Below, one piece after another: positions 31,601 to 46,600 of a stretch of 64,000 nt of DNA (positions within the stretch are counted from its first letter, which is position 1; each line of letters opens with the position of its first letter). A program made the position numbers and the translations under genes. Below the pieces are notes generated by a model. It ran no database searches. It worked only from the letters and a program-made list of their open reading frames with translations, and was not told the origin of the DNA. Where the stretch lies: contig NC_090378.1 of assembly GCF_036365525.1 (NCBI RefSeq), forward strand, positions 120,203,593 to 120,267,592, given 5' to 3'. Source of the DNA: Heterodontus francisci. Its lineage: Eukaryota.

Positions 31601-34600
31601 CTGTGTACTCAGGTACATCACACTTCGCAATCCAGTCCGTGTACTCAGGTACATCACACGTCACAATACGGTCTGTGTACTCAAGTACATCACACTTCAC
31701 AGTCCAGTCTGTGTACTCAGGTACATCACACTTCACAGTCCAGTCCGTGTCCTCAGGTACATCACACTTCACAATCCAGTCTGTGTCTTCAGGTACATCA
31801 CACTTCACAATCCACTCTGTGTACTCAGGTACATCACACTTCACAATCCAGACTGTGTACTCAGGTACATCACACTTCACAATCCATTCTGTGTACTCAG
31901 GTACATCACACTTCGCAATCCAGTCCGTGTACTCAGGTACATCACACGTCACAATCTGGTCTGTGTACTCAGGTACATCACACTTCACAGTCCAGTCTGT
32001 GTACTCAGGTACATCACACTTCACAATCCAGTCCGTATTCTCAGGTACATCACACTTCACAATCCAGTCTGTGTACTCAGATACATCACACTTCACAATC
32101 CAGTCTGTGTATTCTGATACATCTCACTTCACAATCCAGTTTGTGTACTCAGGGACATCAGACTTCACAATCCAGTCTGTGTACTCAGGTACATCACACT
32201 TCACAATCCAGTCTGTGTTCTCAGGTACATCACACTTCACAATCCAGTCTGTGTACTCAGGTACATCACACTTCACAATCCAGTCTGTGTACTCAGGAAC
32301 ATCACACTTCACAATCCTGTCTGTGTACACAGGTACATCACACTTCACAATCCAGTCTGTGTACTCAGGTACATCACACTTCACAATCCGTTCTGTGTAC
32401 TCAGGTACATCACAATTCACAGTCCAGTCTGTGTACTCAGGTGCATCACACTTCACAATCCATTCTGTGTACTCAGGTACATCACACTTCACAATCCGGT
32501 CTGTGTACTCAGATACATCACATTTCACAATCCAGTCTGTGTACTCAGGTACTTCACACTTCACAATCCAGTCTGTGTACTCAGGTACATCACACTTCAC
32601 AATCCAGTCTGTGTACTCAGGAACATCACACTTCACAATCCAGACTGTGTACTCAGGTACATCACACTTCACAATCCAGACTGTGTACTCAGGTACATCA
32701 CACTTCAAAATCCATTCTGTGTAATCAGGTACATCACACTTCGCAATCCAGTCCGTGTACTCAGGTACATCACACGTCACAATCCGGTCTGTGTACTCAG
32801 GTACATCACACTTCACAGTCCAGTCTGTGTACTCAGGTACATCACACTTCACAATCCAGTCCGTGTTCTCAGGTACATCACACTTCACAATCCAGTCTGT
32901 GTCTTCAGGTACATCACACTTCACAATCCATTCTGTGTACTCAGGTACATCACACTTCACAATCCAGTCCGTGTTCTCAGGTACATCACACTTCGCAATC
33001 CAGTCCGTGTATTCAGGTACATCACACTTCACAATCCATTCTGTGTACTCAGGTACATCACACTTCACAATCCAGTCTGTGTACTCAGGTACATCACACT
33101 TCACAATCCAGTCTGTGTTCTCAGGTACATCACACTTCGCAATCCAGTCTGTGTAATCAGGTACATCACACTTCACAATCCCGTCTGTGTGCTCAGGTAC
33201 ATAACACTTCACAATCCAGTCTGTGTACTCAGGTACATCACACTTCACAATCCAGACTGTGTACTCAGGTACATCACACTTCACAATCCATTCTGTGTAC
33301 TCAGGTACATCACACTTCGCAATCCAGTCCGTGTACTCAGGTACATCACACTTCACAATCCGGTCTGTGTACTCAGGTACATCACACTTCACAGTCCAGT
33401 CTGTGTACTCAGGTACATCACACTTCGCAATCCAGTCCGTGTTCTCAGATACATCACACTTCACAATCCAGTCTGTGTACTCAGATACATCACACTTCAC
33501 AATCCAGTCTGTGTACTCAGATACATCACACTTCACAATCCAGTCTGTGTACTCAGATACCTCACACTGCACAATTCAGTCTGTGTACTCGGGTACATCA
33601 CACTTCACAATCCAGTCTGTGTACTCAGATACATCACACTTCACAATCCAGTCTGTGCACTCAGGTACATCACTCTTCACAATCCAGTCAGTGTACTCAG
33701 GTACATCACACTTCACAATCCAGTCTGTGTACTCAGATACATCACACTTCACAATCCAGTCAGTGTCCTCAGATACATCACACTTCACAATCCAGTCTGT
33801 GTACTCAGATACCTCACACTGCACAATCCAGTCTGTGTACTCGGGTACATCACACTTCACAATCCAGTCTGTGTACTCAGATACATCACACTTCACAATC
33901 CAGTCTGTGTATTCTGATACATCTCACTTCACAATCCAGTTTGTGTACTCAGGGACATCAGACTTCACAATCCAGTCTGTGTACTCAGGTACATCACACT
34001 TCACAATCCAGTCCATGTTCTCAGGTACATCACACTTCACAATCCAGTCTGTGTACTCAGGTACATCACACTTCACAATCCAGTCTGTGTTCTCAGGTAC
34101 ATCACACTTTACAATCCAGTCTGTGTGCTCAGGTACATCACACTTCACAATCCAGTCTGTGTACTCAGGGACATCACACTTCACAATCCGGTCTGTGTAC
34201 TCAGGTACATCACACTTCACAATCCATTCTGTGTACTCAGGAACATCACACTTCACAATCCGGTCTGTGGACTCAGATACATCACACTTCACAATCCAGT
34301 CTGTGCACTCAGGTACTTCACACTTCACAATCCAGTCTGTGTACTCAGGTACATCACACTTCACAATCCAGTCTGTGTACTCAGGTACATCACACTTCAC
34401 AATCCAGTCTGTGTACTCAGGAACATCACACTTCACAATCCAGACTGTGTACTCAGGTACATCACACTTCACAATCCAGACTGTGTACTCAGGTACATCA
34501 CACTTCACAATCCAGACTGTGTACTCAGGTACATCACACTTCACAATCCATTCTGTGTACTCAGGTACATCACACTTCGCAATCCAGTCCGTGTACTCAG

Positions 34601-37600
34601 GTACATCACACGTCACAATCCGGTCTGTGTACTCAGGTACATCACACTTCACAGTCCAGTCTGTGTACTCAGGTACATCACACTTCACAATCCAGTCCGT
34701 GTTCTCAGGTACATCACACTTCACAATCCAGTCTGTGTACTCAGATACATCACACTTCACAATCCAGTTTGTGTACTCAGGGACATCAGACTTCACAATC
34801 CAGTCTGTGTACTCAGGTACATCACACTTCACAATCCAGTCTGTGTTCTCAGGTACATCACACTTCACAATCCAGTCTGTGTACTCAGGTACATCACACT
34901 TCACAATCCAGTCTGTGTACTCAGGGACATCACACTTCACAATCCGGTCTGTGTACTCAGGTACATCACACTTCAGAATCCAGTCTGTGTACTCAGGTAC
35001 ATCACACTTCACAATCCAGTCTGTGTACTCAGGTACATCACAATTCACAATCCATTCTGTGTACTCAGGTACATCACACTTCACAATGCAATCTGTGTAC
35101 TCAGGTATATAACACTTCACAATCCAGACTGTGTACTCAGGTACATCACACTTCGCAATCCAGTCCGTGTACACAGGTACATCACACTTCACAATCCAGT
35201 CTGTGTACTCAGGTACATCACACTTCACAATCCAGTCTGTGTACTCAGGAACATCACACTTCACAATCCTGTCTGTGTACACAGGTACATCACACTTCAC
35301 AATCCAGTCTGTGTACTCAGGTACATCACACTTCACAATCCGTTCTGTGTACTCAGGTATATCACAATTCACAGTCCAGTCTGTGTACTCAGGTGCATCA
35401 CACTTCACAATCCATTCTGTGTACTCAGGTACATCACCCTTCACAATCCGGTCTGTGTACTCAGATACATCACACTTCACAATCCAGTCTGTGTACTCAG
35501 GTACATCACACTTCACAATCCAGTCTGTGTACTCAGGTACATCACACTTCACAATCCAGTCTGTGTACTCAGGAACATCACACTTCACAATCCAGACTGT
35601 GTACTCAGGTACATCACACTTCACAATCCAGACTGTGTACTCAGGTACATCACACTTCAAAATCCATTCTGTGTACTCAGGTACATCACACTTCGCAATC
35701 CAGTCCGTGTACTCAGGTACATCACACGTCACAATCCGGTCTGTGTACTCAGGTACATCACACTTCACAGTCCAGTCTGTGTACTCAGGTACATCACACT
35801 TCACAATCCAGTCCGTGTTCTCAGGTACATCACACTTCACAATCCAGTCTGTGTCTTCAGGTACATCACACTTCACAATCCATTCTGTGTACTCAGGTAC
35901 ATCACACTTCACAATCCAGTCCGTGTTCTCAGGTACATCACACTTCGCAATCCAGTCCGTGTATTCAGGTACATCACACTTCACAATCCATTCTGTGTAC
36001 TCAGGTACATCACACTTCACAATCCAGTCTGTGTACTCAGGTACATCACACTTCACAATCCAGTCCGTGTTCTCAGGTACATCACACTTCGCAATCCAGT
36101 CTGTGTACTCAGGTACATCACACTTCACAATCCCGTCTGTGTGCTCAGGTACATCACACTTCACAATCCAGTCTGTGTACTCAGGTACATCACACTTCAC
36201 AATCCAGTCTCTGCACTCAGGTACATCACACTTCACAATCCACTCTGTGTACTCAGGTACATCACACTTCACAATCCAGTCCATGTTCTCAGGTACATCA
36301 CACTTCACAATCCAGTCTGTGTACTCAGGTATATCGCACTTCACAATCCAGTCTGTGTACTCAGGTATATCACACTTCACAATCCGGTCTGTGTACTCAG
36401 GTACATCACACTTCACAATCCATTCTGTGTACTCAGGTACATCACACTTCACAATCCAGTCCGTGTACTCAGGTACATCACACTTCACAATCCAGTCTGT
36501 GTACTCAGGTACATGACACTTCACAATCCAGTCTGTGTACTCAGGTACATCACACTTCACAATCCAGTCTCTGTACTCAGGTACATCACAGTTCACAATC
36601 CATTCTGTGTACTCAGGTACATCACACTTCACAACCCAGTCCGTCTTCTCAGGTATATCACACTTCACAATCCACTCTTTGTCCTCAGGTACATCACACT
36701 TCACAATCCAGTCCGTGTACTCAGGTACATCACACTTCACAATCCAGTCTGTGTACTCAGGGACATCACACTTCACCATCCGGTCTGTGTACTCAGGTAC
36801 ATCACACTTCACAATCCAGTCTGTGTACTCAGGTACATCACACTTCACAATTCAGTCTGTGTACTCAGGTACATCACACTTCACAATCCAGTCTGTGTAC
36901 TCAGGTACATCACAATTCACAATCCATTCTGTGTACTCAGGTACATCACACTTCACAATGCAATCTGTGTACTCAGGAACATCACACTTCACAATCCAGT
37001 CTGTGTACACAGGTACATCACACTTGACAATCCACTCTGTGTACTCAGGTACATCACACTTCACAATTTGTTCTGTGTACTCAGGTACATCACAATTCAC
37101 AGTCCAGTCTGTGTACTCAGGTGCATCACACTTCACAATCCATTCTGTGTACTCAGGTACATCACTCTTCACAATCCGGTCTGTGTACTCAGGTACATCA
37201 CACTTCACAATCCGGCCTGTGTACTCAGGTACATCACACCTCACAATCCAGTCTGTGTACTCAGGAACATCACAATTCACAATCCTGTCTGTGTACTCAG
37301 GTACATCACACTTCACAATCCGGTCTGAGTACTCAGGTATATCAAACTTCACAATCCGGTCCGTGTACTCAGAACATCACAATTCACAATCCAGTCTGTG
37401 CACTCAGGTACATCACACTTCACAATCCGGTCTGAGTACTCAGGTATATCAAACTTCACAATCCGGTCTGTGTACTCAGAACATCACAATTCACAATCCA
37501 GTCTGTGTACTCAGATACATCACACTTCGCAATCCAGTCTGTGTTCTCAGATACATCACCCTTCACAATCCAATCTGTGTACTCAGGTACATCACACTTC

Positions 37601-40600
37601 ACAATCCAGTCTATGTACTCACGTACATCACACTTCACAATCCAGTCTGTGCACTCAGGAACATCACACTTCACAATCCAGTCTGTGTACTCAGGTACAT
37701 CACACTTCACAATCCAGTCTGTGTACTCAGGTATATAACACTTCACAAACCAGACTGTGTACTCATGTACATCACACTTCACAATCCGGTCTGTGTAATC
37801 AGGTACATCACACTTCACAATCCAGTCTGTGTACACAGGTACATCACACTTCACAATCCAGTCTGTGTAATCAGGAACATCACACTTCACAATCCAGTCT
37901 GTGTACACAGATACATCACCCTTCACAATCCAATCTGTGTACTCGTGTACATCACACTTCACAATCCGGTCTGTGTACTCAGGTACATCACACTTCACAA
38001 TCCAGACTGTGTGCTCAGGTACATCACACTTCGCAATCCTGTCCGTGTACTCAGGTACATCACACGTCACAATCCGGTCTGTATACTCAGGTACATCACA
38101 CTTCACAGTCCAGTCTGTGTACTCATGTACATCACACTTCACAATCCAGTCCGTGTTCTCAGGTACATCACACTTCGCAATCCAGTCCGTGTATTCAGGT
38201 ACATCACACTTCACAATCCAGTCTGTGTACTCAGGAAAATCACACTTCACAATCCAGTCTGTGTACTCAGGAAAATCACACTTCACAATCCAGTCTGTGT
38301 ACTCAGGTACATCACACTTCGCAATCCCGTCTGTGTACCCAGGTACATCACACTTCACAATCCAGTCTGTGTACTCAGGTACATCACACTTCACAATCCA
38401 GTCTCTGTACTCAAGTACATCACACTTCACAATCCATTCTGTGTACTCAGGTACATCACACTTCACAATCCAGTCTGTGTAGTCTGGTACATCACACTTC
38501 ACAATCCACTCTGTGTACTCAGGAACATCACACTTCACAATCCAGTCCGTGTTCTCAGGTACATCACACTTCACAATCCAGTCTGTGTACTCAGGTATAT
38601 CACACTTCACAATCCAGTCTGTGTACTCCGATACATCACACTTCACAATTCAGTCTGTGTACTCAGGTACATCACACTTCACAATCCGGTCTGTGTACTC
38701 AGGTACATCACACTTCACAATCCATTCTGTGTACTCAGGAACATCACACTTCACAATCCAGTCTGTGCACTCAGGTACATCACAATTCACAATCCATTCT
38801 GTGTACTCAGGTACATCACACTTCACAATGCAATCTGTGTACTCAGGTATATAACACTTCACAATCCATTCTGTGTACTCAGGTACATCACACTTCACAA
38901 TGCAATCTGTGTACTCAGGAACATCACACTTCACAATCCAGTCTGTGTACACAGGTACATCACACTTGACAATCCACTCTGTGTACTCAGGTACATCACA
39001 CTTGACAATCCAGTCTGTGTACACAGGGACATCACACTTGACAATCCATTCTGTGTACTCAGGTACATCACACTTCACAATCCAGTCTGTGTACTCAGGT
39101 ACATCACAATTCACAATCCATTCTGTGTACTCAGGTACATCACACTTCACAATGCAATCTGTGTACTCAGGAACATCACACTTCACAATCCAGTCTGTGT
39201 ACACAGGTACATCACACTTGACAATCCACTCTGTGTACTCAGGTACATCACACTTGACAATCCACTCTGTGTACTCAGGTACATCACACTTCACAATCCG
39301 TTCTGTGTACTCAGGTACATCACAATTCACAGTCCAGTCTGTGTACTCAGGTGCATCACACTTCACAATCCATTCTGTGTTCTCAGGTACATCACACTTC
39401 GCAATCCAGTCTGTGTACTCAGGTACATCACACTTCAAAATCCCGTCTGTGTGCTCAGGTACATCACACTTCACAATCCAGTCTGTGTACTCAGGTACAT
39501 CACACTTCACAATCCAGTCTCTGCACTCAGGTACATCACACTTCACAATCCACTCTGTGTACTCAGGTACATCACACTTCACAATCCAGTCCATGTTCTC
39601 AGGTACATCACACTTCACAATCCAGTCTGTGTACTCAGGTATATCACACTTCACAATCCAGTCTGTGTACTCAGGTGTATCACACTTCACAATCCGGTCT
39701 GTGTACTCAGGTACATCACACTTCACAATCCATTCTGTGTACTCAGGTACATCACACTTCACCATCCAGTCCATGTACTCAGGTACATCACACTTCACAA
39801 TCCAGTCTGTGTACTCAGGTACATGACACTTCACAATCCAGTCTGTGTACTCAGGTACATCACACTTCACAATCCAGTCTCTGTAATCAGGTACATCACA
39901 CTTCACAATCCATTCTGTGTACTCAGGTACATCACACTTCACAACCCAGTCCGTGTTCTCAGGTATATCACACTTCACAATCCACTCTTTGTCCTCAGGT
40001 ACATCACACTTCACAATCCAGTCCGTGTACTCAGGTACATCACACTTCACAATCCAGTCTGTGTACTCAGGGACATCACACTTCACCATCCGGTCTGTGT
40101 ACTCAGGTACATCACACTTCACAATCCAGTCTGTGTACTCAGGTACATCACACTTCACAATTCAGTCTGTGTACTCAGGTACATCACACTTCACAATCCA
40201 GTCTGTGTACTCAGGTACATCACAATTCACAATCCATTCTGTGTACTCAGGTACATCACACTTCACAATGCAATCTGTGTACTCAGGAACATCACACTTC
40301 ACAATCCAGTCTGTGTACACAGGTACATCACACTTGACAATCCACTCTGTGTACTCAGGTACATCACACTTCACAATTTGTTCTGTGTACTCAGGTACAT
40401 CACAATTCACAGTCCAGTCTGTGTACTCAGGTGCATCACACTTCACAATCCATTCTGTGTACTCAGGTACATCACTCTTCACAATCCGGTCTGTGTACTC
40501 AGGTACATCACACTTCACAATCCGGCCTGTGTACTCAGGTACATCACACCTCACAATCCAGTCTGTGTACTCAGGAACATCACAATTCACAATCCTGTCT

Positions 40601-43600
40601 GTGTACTCAGGTACATCACACTTCACAATCCGGTCTGAGTTCTCAGGTATATCAAACTTCACAATCCGGTCCGTGTACTCAGAACATCACAATTCACAAT
40701 CCAGTCTGTGCACTCAGGTACATCACACTTCACAATCCGGTCTGAGTGCTCAGGTATATCAAACTTCACAATCCGGTCTGTGTACTCAGAACATCACAAT
40801 TCACAATCCAGTCTGTGTACTCAGATACATCACACTTCGCAATCCAGTCTGTGTTCTCAGATACATCACCCTTCACAATCCAATCTGTGTACTCAGGTAC
40901 ATCACACTTCACAATCCAGTCTATGTACTCACGTACATCACACTTCACAATCCAGTCTGTGCACTCAGGAACATCACACTTCACAATCCAGTCTGTGTAC
41001 TCAGGTACATCACACTTCACAATCCAGTCTGTGTACTCAGGTATATAACACTTCACAAACCAGACTGTGTACTCATGTACATCACACTTCACAATCCGGT
41101 CTGTGTAATCAGGTACATCACACTTCACAATCCAGTCTGTGTACATAGGTACATCACACTTCACAATCCAGTCTGTGTAATCAGGAACATCACACTTCAC
41201 AATCCAGTCTGTGTACACAGATACATCACCCTTCACAATCCAATCTGTGTACTCGTGTACATCACACTTCACAATCCGGTCTGTGTACTCAGGTACATCA
41301 CACTTCACAATCCAGACTGTGTGCTCAGGTACATCACACTTCGCAATCCTGTCCGTGTACTCAGGTACATCACACGTCACAATCCGGTCTGTATACTCAG
41401 GTACATCACACTTCACAGTCCAGTCTGTGTACTCATGTACATCACACTTCACAATCCAGTCCGTGTTCTCAGGTACATCACACTTCGCAATCCAGTCCGT
41501 GTATTCAGGTACATCACACTTCACAATCCAGTCTGTGTACTCAGGAAAATCACACTTCACAATCCAGTCTGTGTACTCAGGAAAATCACACTTCACAATC
41601 CAGTCTGTGTACTCAGGTACATCACACTTCGCAATCCCGTCTGTGTACTCAGGTACATCACACTTCACAATCCAGTCTGTGTACTCAGGTACATCACACT
41701 TCACAATCCAGTCTCTGTACTCAAGTACATCACACTTCACAATCCATTCTGTGTACTCAGGTACATCACACTTCACAATCCAGTCTGTGTAGTCAGGTAC
41801 ATCACACTTCACAATCCACTCTGTGTACTCAGGAACATCACACTTCACAATCCAGTCCGTGTTCTCAGGTACATCACACTTCACAATCCAGTCTGTGTAC
41901 TCAGGTATATCACACTTCACAATCCAGTCTGTGTACTCCGATACATCACACTTCACAATTCAGTCTGTGTACTCAGGTACATCACACTTCACAATCCGGT
42001 CTGTGTACTCAGGTACATCACACTTCACAATCCATTCTGTGTACTCAGGAACATCACACTTCACAATCCAGTCTGTGTACTCAGGTACATCACAATTCAC
42101 AATCCATTCTGTGTACTCAGGTACATCACACTTCACAATGCAATCTGTGTACTCAGGAACATCACACTTCACAATCCAGTCTGTGTACACAGGGACATCA
42201 CACTTGGCAATCCATTCTGTGTACTCAGGTACATCACACTTCACAATCCAGTCTGTGTACTCAGGTACATCACAATTCACAATCCATTCTGTGTACTCAG
42301 GTACATCACACTTCACAATGCAATCTGTGTACTCAGGAACATCACACTTCACAATCCAGTCTGTGTACACAGGTACATCACACTTGACAATCCACTCTGT
42401 GTACTCAGGTACATCACACTTGACAATCCACTCTGTGTACTCAGGTACATCACACTTCACAATCCGTTCTGTGTACTCAGGTACATCACAATTCACAGTC
42501 CAGTCTGTGTACTCAGGTGCATCACACTTCACAATGCATTCTGTGTACTCAGGTACATCACTCTTCACAATCCGGTCTGTGTACTCAGGTACATCACACT
42601 TCACAATCCGGTCTGTGTACTCAGGTACATCACACCTCACAATCCAGTCTGTGTACTCAGGAACATCACAATTCACAATCCTGTCTGTGTACTCAGGTAC
42701 ATCACACTTCACAATCCGGTCTGAGTACTCAGGTATATCAAACTTCACAATCCGGTCCGTGTACTCAGAACATCACAATTCACAATCCAGTCTGTGCACT
42801 CAGGTACATCACACTTCACAATCCGGTCTGAGTACTCAGGTATATCAAACTTCACAATCCGGTCTGTGTACTCAGAACATCACAATTCACAATCCAGTCT
42901 GTGTACTCAGATACATCACACTTCACAATCCAGTCTGTGTACTCAGATACATCACCCTTCACAATCCAATCTGTGTACTCAGGTACATCACACTTCACAA
43001 TCCAGTCTATGTACTCAGGTACATCACACTTCACAATCCAGTCTGTGTACTCAGGAACATCACACTTCACAATCCAGTCTGTGTACTCAGGTACATCACT
43101 CTACACAATCCAGTCTGTGTACTCAGGTATATAACACTTCACAAACCTGACTGTGTACTCATGTACATCACACTTCACAATCCGGTCTGTGTACTCAGGT
43201 ACATCACACTTCACAATCCAGTCTGTGTACACAGGTACATCACACTTCACAATCCCATCTGTGTACTCGTGTACATCACACTACACAATCCAGTCTGTGT
43301 ACTCAGGTACATCACACTTCACAGTCCAGTCTGTGTACTCATGTACATCACACTTCACAATCCAGTCCGTGTTCTCAGGTACATCACACTTCGCAATCCA
43401 GTCCGTGTATTCAGGTACATCACACTTCACAATCCAGTCTGCGTACTCAGGAAAATCACACTTCACAATCCAGTCTGTGTACTCAGGAAAATCACACCTC
43501 ACAATCCAGTCTGTGTACTCAGGTACATCACACTTCGCAATCCCGTCTGTGTACTCAGGTACATCACACTTCACAATCCAGTCTGTGTACTCAGGTACAT

Positions 43601-46600
43601 CAAACTTCACAATCCACTCTCTGTTCTCAGGTACATCACACTTCACAATCCATTCTGTGTACTCAGGTACATCACACTTCACAATCCAGTCTGTGTAGTC
43701 AGGTACATCACACTTCACAATCCACTCTGTGTACTCAGGTACATCACACTTCACAATCCAGTCCGTGTTCTCAGGTACATCACACTTCACAATCCACTCT
43801 GTGTACTCAGGTATATCACACTTCACAATCCAGTCTGTGTACTCCGATACATCACACTTCACAATTCAGTCTGTGTACTCAGGTACATCACACTTCACAA
43901 TCCGGTCTGTGTACTCAGGTACATCACACTTCACAATCCATTCTGTGTACTCAGGAACATCACACTTCACAATCCAGTCTGTGTACTCAGGTACATCACA
44001 ATTCACAATCCATTCTGTGTACTCAGGTACATCACACTTCACAATGCAATCTGTGTACTCAGGAACATCACACTTCACAATCCAGTCTGTGTACACAGGG
44101 ACATCACACTTGACAATCCATTCTGTGTACTCAGGTACATCACACTTCACAATCCAGTCTGTGTACTCAGGTACATCACAATTCACAATCCATTCTGTGT
44201 ACTCAGGTACATCACACTTCACAATGCAATCTGTGTACTCAGGAACATCACACTTCACAATCCTGTCTGTGTACACAGGTACATCACACTTGACAATCCA
44301 CTCTGTTTACTCAGGTACATCACACTTGACAATCCACTCTGTGTACTCAGGTACATCACACTTCACAATCCGTTCTGTGTACTCAGGTACATCACAATTC
44401 ACAGTCCAGTCTGTGTACTCAGGTGCATCACACTTCACAATCCATTCTGTGTACTCAGGTACATCACTCTTCACAATCCGGTCTGTGTACTCAGGTACAT
44501 CACACTTCACAATCCGGTCTGTGTACTCAGGTACATCACACCTCACAATACAGTCTGTGTTCTCAGGAACATCACAATTCACAATCCTGTCTGTGTACTC
44601 AGGTACATCACACTTCACAATCCGGTCTGAGTACTCAGGTATATCAAACTTCACAATCCGGTCCGTGTACTCAGAACATCACAATTCACAATCCAGTCTG
44701 TGCACTCAGGTACATCACACTTCACAATCCGGTCTGAGTACTCAGGTATATCAAACTTCACAATCCGGTCTGTGTACTCAGAACATCACAATTCACAATC
44801 CAGTCTGTGTACTCAGATACATCACACTTCACAATCCAGTCTGTGTACTCAGATACATCACCCTTCACAATCCAATCTGTGTACTCAGGTACATCACACT
44901 TCACAATCCAGTCGATGTACTCAGGTACATCACACTTCACAATCCAGTCTGTGTACTCAGGAACATCACACTTCACAATCCAGTCTGTGTACTCAGGTAC
45001 ATCACACTTCACAATCCAGTCTGTGTACTCAGGTATATAACACTTCAGAAACCTGACTGTGTACTCATGTACATCACACTTCACAATCCGGTCTGTGTAC
45101 TCAGGTACATCACACTTCACAATCCAGTCTGTGTACACAGGGACATCACACTTCACAATCCCATCTGTGTACTCGTGTACATCACACTACACAATCCGGT
45201 CTGTGTACTCAGGTACATCACACTTCACAATCCAGTCTGTGTACTCATGTACATCACACTTCACAATCCAGTCCATGTTCTCAGGTACATCACACTTCAC
45301 AATCCAGTCCGTGTATTCAGGTACGTCACACTTCACAATCCAGTCTGTGTACTCAGGAAAATCACACTTCACAATCCAGTCTGTGTACTCAGGAAAATCA
45401 CACCTCACAATCCAGTCTGTGTACTCAGGTACATCACACTTCGCAATCCCGTCTGTGTACTCAGGTACATCACACTTGACAATCCAGTCTGTGTACTCAG
45501 GTACATCACACTTCACAATCCAGTCTCTGTACTCAGGTACATCACACATCACAATCCATTCTGTGTACTCAGGTACATCACACTTCACAATCCAGTCTGT
45601 GTAGTCAGGTACATCACACTTCACAATCCACTCTGTGTACTCAGGTACATCACACTTCACAATCCAGTCCGTGTTCTCAGGTACATCATACTTCACAATC
45701 CACTCTGTGTACTCAGGTATATCACACTTCACAATCCAGTCTGTGTACTCCGATACATCACACTTCACAATTCAGTCTGTGTACTCAGGTACATCACACT
45801 TCACAATCCGGTCTGTGTACTCAGGTACATCACACTTCACAATCCATTCTGTGTACTCAGGAACATCACACTTCACAATCCAGTCTGTGTACTCAGGTAC
45901 ATCACACTTCACAATCCAGTCTCTGTGCTCAGGTACATCACACTTCACAATCCAGTCTGTGTTCTCAGATACATCACACTTCACAATCCAGTCTGTGTAC
46001 TCAGGTACATCACACTTCACAATCCAGTCTGTGTACTCAGGGACATCACACTTCACAATCCGGTCTGTGTACTCAGGTACATCACACTTCACAATCCATT
46101 CTGTGTACTCAGGTACATCAGACTTCACAATCCGGTCTGTGGACTCAGATACATCACACTTCACAATCCAGTCTGTGTACTCAGGTACATCACACTTCAC
46201 AATCCAGTCTGTGTACTCAGGTACATCACACTTCACAATCCAGTCTGTGTATTCAGGTACATCACACTTCACAATCCAGTCTGTGTACTCAGGAACATCA
46301 CACTTCACAATCCTGACTGTGTACTCAGGTACATCACACTTCACAATCCAGACTCTGTACTCAGGTACATCACACTTCACAATCCAGACTGTGTACTCAG
46401 GTACATCACACTTCACAATCCATTCTGTGTACTCAGGTACATCACACTTCGCAATCCAGTCCGTGTACTCAGGTACATCACACGTCACAATCCGGTCTGT
46501 GTACTCAGGTACATCACACTTCACAGTCCAGTCTGTGTACTCAGGTACATCACACTTCACAATCCAGTTCGTGTTCTCAGGTACATCACACTTCACAATC

